NCBI GenBank assembly: GCA_020137815.1
Contig: CM035354.1
Coordinates: 4,402,001 to 4,466,000, forward strand
Reading direction: 5' to 3'
Source: Hormiphora californensis
Lineage: Eukaryota; Animalia; Ctenophora
Length of the DNA stretch: 64,000 nt
The notes below the pieces were generated by a model. It was not told the DNA's origin. It made no database searches and saw only the letters and a program-made list of their open reading frames with translations. Positions 57,610-64,000 of this stretch are shown in pieces. Each line of letters begins with the position of its first letter. Position 1 is the stretch's first letter. The translations under genes and the position numbers were made by a program.

Positions 57610-57655
57610 TCTTTTATTAACATGCTTTTAACTTTAGCTGTCAACCAAGAATATA

Positions 57656-58982
57656 ATGATACTAAAATCCGACCTGGGGCTTTTCCTGACAACTGCCTTC
57701 TTCGGGTTTGTATATTTGTCTCCTTGGGGAATGGCCTGGGCTGCATCCGGATTCTTCTCCACCTAAATTTTCTGAAACAGGGAATCCTGCAATCACAGAA
57801 AACTACCCGAGATATCTACAATTTGGAGGAATTGCAACCATCGTTCTGACAAATTTGGCGTATTTGCTAGGAGTCAGGGGTACGAAGTATACAACACGAA
57901 TTGTAGTGGCCTGCTTGATGGGCATCATTATCGTGTTTGGGGGGTTTGCTGCATCTGCCCTCTGTGACACCAGCTCCTGGGCTAAAGAATTCTTCATCGC
58001 TACAACCGTTACCTACTGTCTCGGGTGTGCCCTAACAACAACTTTTAAAGCATCTATTTTTGTGGTCTGTGGAATACTTGGTAGTTGGGCAGTGAAAGGA
58101 TTCATTTTGGGGCAGTCCTCTACCGGATTCCTCAGCTCTCTCCTAAGTTTGGCGACCATTGCAGCAAGAGGACAAGACCAGCCGCTGGTTTGTGCCTTCT
58201 ACTTCTTCATCACCTCAACTCTCATATCTTCATCTTGTCTGGTGGTGTACAGTTGCTCCTTCATCAAACACCCTAGTGTTACCATGGTGCTAAACACTGC
58301 AGCACAGTATGTAGCGATAGAGCATGAGACTATGGCAGTCAAGATTCCGGAGGAGAGTACAGTTATTGTAGATCAACTTGCCCCTGAGGCTCCCCTATTT
58401 GTTGGAAAGCATGACGAGTTAAAAGAAGACCCGGAACTAAATCGAGGAAACTCGCTTCATCATGGTTATTGTAAAATCATTAAAAGTACTTGGGACCTAC
58501 TACTGTCACTGTTTGTAACACTGGTCCTCACCCTATCCGTCTACCCGGCTGCTATAGTGGCTATCAGGCCCCCTACCACCATTATCGCCCACCATACCTA
58601 CACAGTAATAATATTCTGCTGTTTCGGACTAGGAGACTTGTTGGGAGCGGTAGTTGCAACTAGGATGACTCTTCCCAGGAGAGCAATACTCCCTCTAGCC
58701 CTGACGAGGGTAGTGTTTGTAGTGCTGGCCATCATGTGTAATGTACAACCCAGGACACTGCCAGTATGGTTCATCTCAGACTGTGCTCCCGCAATAATTT
58801 ACTTTCTCCTCTCTTTCACCAATGGTATTCTACTCTCTCTAGCATCAGCCATGGCGCCGGCAAGCGCTCAAGGAGCTGCAGAAAAGGGCAAGATAAGTAA
58901 ACTTGTGGCTTTTGTGTCAGCGTTAGGAATGTTGATAGGAAGCATGACAGTGTTCCCTCTACTAAAACTGATAAATCTGTAG
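57656..58982 (+). CDS. Equilibrative nucleoside transporter (SLC29/ENT family), paralogue 1; one extra T near 57764
   Basis: Aligns with paralogue 2 from MILKSDLG; PWGM, GQSSTG, TLSVYPA, FGLGDLLG, LSFTNG; about 11 TM segments. Confidence 0.9.
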
Positions 58983-60010
58983 CTCGCTACCTGTCCCTTG
59001 CTAGCGCAAGGAAAAGGGTTACGGGTGACCAAGCGCAGCTTGACAATATTCAACAAAACAGCAGGAGAGAGAGAAAGGCAGAGACATGAGGCACATTGCA
59101 CAAGATATAATGGAAATTCGTGTGTATCTAAAGCAGAATGTTCTAGAACGGTCAACTTCTTCTAGAGCAGCCTTCCAATTAATGACCTCCATCACTCATA
59201 CCATATCGCTCGCCATACCGCATACGACTCAGCAATGATTAATGAATGACCTGGGATGACTTTTTTATCTGAGTGTGAATGCATAGTAAGATAAAAGTGT
59301 ACATATTTTAATTTTATCTTTCTACAGAATGCAGATGTACAATATACATTATTGTCTGACTGTGAGATTCGAAAAGGCTATGGAATAGGTATAATGCCAG
59401 ATTAATCGATCCCAAAAGGGATTGGTAAATGGCCAGGATGAACCAGCGACGAGCTAAGAAGGGGGCAAGCAAGGGTACAACATAGCCTTCGGTGACACTA
59501 AGGACGCGGAGAAGGTGTTCATGTGAGATCTTGTTATGTTCTAACCCTCGCAGGGCGCGCGAACCACAGTCTAGCTATATTTTTCATGAGCTAAACTTTT
59601 CTGTGTGCCATATCCAATGCTTGTAAATATCATCCCACATGAACACCCTGTACATTCGGTTAGGGTTATGGTGTATCAGTGAGCACTGGCGATTTAGAAA
59701 TAGAGACACACTTTTTCAATGGTGCATTTATGCAGGTTTATTTTATCTGCATAAAGGTTACCTTGCTCGACCCTCTCACCCTGCAAACATAAATTTGTAT
59801 GCACTTTCCAGAATAAAAATAAATTACCGTCTGATTTTATGTTTGAAATCATCCCTTTTACAAGATAAAACCTACCGAACCTCCTCTCATTCGCCTAGGT
59901 CTTTCTGGCTTCCTCTTTGCATTTCAACTGCAGATTTTATCTTATCCAAATATCTTTCTTTTATTGCCGTGCTTATAACTTAACTACTTTAGCTTTAACC
60001 CAAAAGCAGA

Positions 60011-61279
60011 ATGATACTAAAATCTGACCTGGGGCTTTTTCTGACAACTGCCTTCTTCGGGTTTGTCTACCAGTCTCCCTGGGGAATGGCCTGGGCTGCA
60101 TCCGGATTCTTCTCCACCAAATTTTCTGAAACAGGGAATCCTGCTATCACAGAAAACTACCCACGATATCTACAATTTGGAGGAATTGCAACCATCGTTC
60201 TGACAAACTTGGTGTATTTGCTAGGAGTTAGGGGTACGAAGTATACAACACGAATTGTAGTGGCCTGCTTGATGGGCATCATTATCGTGTTTGGGGGGTT
60301 TGCAGCATCTGCTCTCTGTGACACCAGCTCCTGGGCTAAAGAATTCTTCATCGCTACAACCGTTACCTACTGTCTTGGGTGTGCCCTAACATCGTCACTA
60401 AAAGCCACACTTTTTGTTGTCTGTGGTATTCTGGGAACTCAGAAATTCAAGGGGCTAATTCTGGGACAGTCTTCTGCTGGGTTTATTAGCTCACTCCTGA
60501 GTTTGGTAACCATAGTAATAGGTGGACAGAGTCAACCACTGGTCAGTGCATTCTACTTCTTCCTCACTTCCACCCTCATATCTCTCTCATGTCTCCTGGT
60601 ATACCTGATCTACTTCACTAAACACCCCGGTGTTGTTGTGGCCATCAGCGGCACCCCTCAACTAAAATACGTGAAGGTAGAGAATGGGACTGATGAGACT
60701 CAAGAGGACCACATAGGAAAGGGGGATGAACAAGAGGAAGAAGGAGGTTTGGCTGAGCTAGGTTTTATTGGTCTGATAAAGCTAACATGGGACCTCCAAT
60801 TGGCATTGTTTATAACCACAGTCGTCACTCTCTCAGTCTACCCAGCAGCTATAGTGGCTATCACGCCTCGTTCAACCATTATCGCCCACCATACCTACAC
60901 AGTAATAATATTCTGCTGTTTTGGGCTGGGAGATGTACTAGGTGCTATGGCCGCAACTAGAGTAACCCTTCCCAGAAAATCAGTTCTCCCCCTATCACTA
61001 GCAAGGATTATCTTTGTGGCTCTGGTTGTAGGGTGTAATGTGGAACCCCGAACTCTACCAGTTTGGTTCACTGCAGATTGGGTTCCCGGCCTAATCTACC
61101 TGCTCCTCTCCTTTACTAACGGTATACTACTATCCATGGCGAGCTCCATGGCTCCAGACAGCACAGAGGAAGTGACGGTAAAGGGGAAAATAAGCAACTT
61201 GGTGGCGTTTGTGTCAGCGTTGGGACTGTTTACGGGAAGTATGGCAGTGTTCCCTCTACTACAGCTGATAAATCTGTAA
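60011..61279 (+). CDS. Equilibrative nucleoside transporter (SLC29/ENT family), paralogue 2, intronless
   Basis: Clean 422-aa ORF with the ENT motifs SPWG, GQSSAG, VTLSVYPA, GDVLG, LARIIFV, SFTNG. Confidence 0.92.
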   Translation: MILKSDLGLFLTTAFFGFVYQSPWGMAWAASGFFSTKFSETGNPAITENYPRYLQFGGIATIVLTNLVYLLGVRGTKYTTRIVVACLMGIIIVFGGFAASALCDTSSWAKEFFIATTVTYCLGCALTSSLKATLFVVCGILGTQKFKGLILGQSSAGFISSLLSLVTIVIGGQSQPLVSAFYFFLTSTLISLSCLLVYLIYFTKHPGVVVAISGTPQLKYVKVENGTDETQEDHIGKGDEQEEEGGLAELGFIGLIKLTWDLQLALFITTVVTLSVYPAAIVAITPRSTIIAHHTYTVIIFCCFGLGDVLGAMAATRVTLPRKSVLPLSLARIIFVALVVGCNVEPRTLPVWFTADWVPGLIYLLLSFTNGILLSMASSMAPDSTEEVTVKGKISNLVAFVSALGLFTGSMAVFPLLQLINL

Positions 61280-61314
61280 GCAAGGTTCAACAAACCACAG
61301 TGTTCCCTCTACTA

Positions 61315-62653
61315 GGGTAGACCGGGGTAATTTGGACGGTTTTGGCATTCAATTGGTATTTCAAGAGCCATTAATTTACTTAATCAATTAGTTAGCTACT
61401 CAATTTGTGCAACTGAACCTTTATCTTGAGCCTCAGAACAAATTTGAATCGAAAACATAACTTTTAATTAGCTAATTAACCTTGTTAATGAAGGTAAGTC
61501 GGAATATTTTTGATCGCGAGACACGGGGCAATTTGGACTAGTGGCTTCTACACCAATCACAATGTGCGCATTCAATCACGTGACCGCGACACACCACATT
61601 GCCCCAGCTGTAAATCTGCGATGTAAATCAGACAGAGGTTGGGGCTATTTGGACAAACTTAGATTGTAGCCACAGTTTTTGAGATATCGATTTCAAACTT
61701 TTCATTCATCTAGTAATTTAGTATCCCGTGCTATTCCTTTTTTCAAAATTAGTTAATTAAGTAGTAATTAGCCTAATTAACCAAAAAATTAAGTGTTCAT
61801 CAGATCTATATCTGTAGGGTGCATTTTCGAAAGCTCAGGATTAGCCTAGTTGACTAGATAAAGATTTAATCTTATCCCAAATAGGGTTTTTGAGAAAATC
61901 AACATAAAAGATCAAAAAGCCACAAATAAAGCTACGGTTTTCAAAGGAATGATGTTTGTGTTTTCAGGTGCTTACAAGGCTAGAAATTACTATTATGGGG
62001 ATCCAGTCTAATAAATCATAACAGTGGCCGATTCCCACTCAATGTATTAAGTTGGATTGTCGAATGCCACACCATGGATTGACTTGTTACCTTGGCAACC
62101 AGAGAATTGGTTGTAAAATGCGCCTTTTTTTTCTATTTTTGGTCTATTTACTCAGTTTTAGCCATCTATATTGATTGAATAGGATAATTATGAAAGCAGG
62201 TTGTCTATGGTTACCATAGAAACGAGTATAATGGCGCCATGAGGCCAATTTGTATTAACCAATTTGCCCCATGGGGCAATTTGGTCTAGTCCAAATTGCC
62301 CCATGGGGTAATCTGGATTATGACCGAATTGCCCCCGATTTTTTCGTCCGAATTGCCCCAAATTGTCCGAATTGCCCCGCTTCATTAAAATGCCAATTAG
62401 CTAATTAAATCGAAAGCTAATGTCATTTTGATGATGAAACTGGATAGAAAAATATCATATTGTGAAATTCTGACCCTTAATTTAAATAATTATCATAATT
62501 AAGTTTACCGAAATAAAGTTTAACTTTAAAGTCGTCATTTTTCGTTATTTCACACTAAACACCACAATTTAAAAGTCCCATATAAATCACTAGTCCACAT
62601 TGCCCCGTCCTGTGACCACATTGCCCCACCGTCCAAATTACCCCGGTCTACCC
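61315..62653. mobile_element. Non-autonomous DNA transposon (~1.34 kb), TA TSD (Tc1/mariner/pogo-like)
   Basis: Perfect TIR gggtagaccggggtaatttggacggt / accgtccaaattaccccggtctaccc; internal ggggcaattt repeats. The empty site ctac-TA-cagctg is visible at ~61257 in the adjacent duplicate. Confidence 0.9.
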
Positions 62654-64000
62654 TACAGCTGATAAATCTGTAAGCAAGGTTCAACAAACCACGGTGCAGC
62701 AAGGAGATAAAACAAGCAGACATTAGGTAATGATAAACAGAGAGGGGGAAACTTGATTTGTTCAGACTGAGAAGAGAGAAACGTTATCGCATTCAGACTA
62801 CTACTGCAGTATACAGGCCAACGGGCCTTCTAGAAGAAAACCCGCGGAGCTACCTGTCTCTCTCTCTCTCTTCCCCTAACAGAGCATGTCTCACCAATTT
62901 GCTCTCTCTCCCACTCTTTCTCTCTCTCTGACCATACATAATTTATTTCGGGCAGTCTTAATATCTTCTAGAACATTTAACTACCACCGCTATGATTTTA
63001 GCACATGTGTATGTATAATACAACTTTTACACGGGAACTATAACTATTGATCTTTCTAACTTTCTTTTTATTTTGTAAAAAACAAAAGCACACGTTTGTT
63101 CGTCAGTATGATGACATGTAAAGTTCACTGTAAGTGGTTATAGTGGTTGGTAACCTAGCCTGGATTGCGGTCAAGAGGAAGAATCAAGCAGCGATCTGAG
63201 TACGGCATATATCAAAGACAACAGAGAGAACTAAGTTAGCTTGAATATGTTATATTTATATCTAGCCTCGTCATGTTATCAAAACAAAACACCGGTCTGT
63301 CACTAACAAGAGAAGTAAGTTGTTAGAGAGAGAGAGAAGCACGTACGTCACTACAAGGAAATGGGGGACACAATGAGAGTGAACACAGTTACTGGCATTA
63401 TAGATTCTACCTGGAAGTGTGCCAGAATTAATGGTAAACAGTAACTAGGTGGAAACAATGAAAGGTGTGTGAACAATGCTGAATAGTGGTTAGAAACAAA
63501 CAGAACAATAGAGTTTAGAAGCAAATAGAAGAAATAGAAGCAATAGAAGCAATAGAAGCAGTTCCGCAGATTGAAAAAGTAGAGTACGACGGGGAAGAAC
63601 TGCGGCGAAGATCCCTCGTCATATGTCGCTCTGCTGTTACTCAACAATCTCTCTGTTATAGGTGGCGTACAGCAGCACAATGATCTCATCACAACACACA
63701 CAGGATCAAATAGCGCTGCATAAACTCGATACCATCAAATAGAAACGAATAAAAGAGAGATCAGTACTAGAGAATGGGAAAGCGAGAGAGAAAGAGAGTG
63801 AGCGAGGGAGAGAGAACAAGAAAATATATGTATGTTGTGTGTAACATGTACACTATAGTGTACACGGATTCACAAATCTGAGTTTCGTATCTACCGATCG
63901 TACGAGTATCTGACGAGAGGAAGAGAGAGAAAGAGAAAGAGAGTTACATAGAAAAACGAAACGACACGATTAATTGGAGTGATCGTGAGATATTTTAAAT

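Overview
Compact, intron-containing eukaryotic (animal) genomic DNA with many (GA/CT)n microsatellites. The short introns, divergent intronless GPCRs, Shaker-type Kv gene and splice acceptors just before start codons are compatible with a ctenophore-like early-branching metazoan (inference only). Genes read from the sequence: NIT2 (-), then eight co-oriented + genes (RTF2, RCAN/calcipressin, two BTB-like paralogues, TIMM50, TMEM128, LRRCC1, a Kv channel), a PDZD2/pro-IL-16-like multi-PDZ gene (-), two GPCRs, a PDZ plus Pro-rich gene (-), a TIGAR-like histidine phosphatase (-) and two tandem ENT/SLC29 transporters. Non-autonomous DNA transposons are abundant: a tandem Helentron-like array with a nested foldback/MULE-like element, a Helitron, several MITEs and a 64-76 bp micro-MITE with 8-bp TSDs. 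Many genes carry single-base insertions, probably long-read assembly errors. The main candidates for follow-up are (1) a ~0.8 kb heavily base-paired, apparently non-coding antisense unit with its own TATA promoter inside an LRRCC1 intron, and (2) a window-wide signature of SL trans-splicing and operon-like organisation. All calls were made by eye without database searches.
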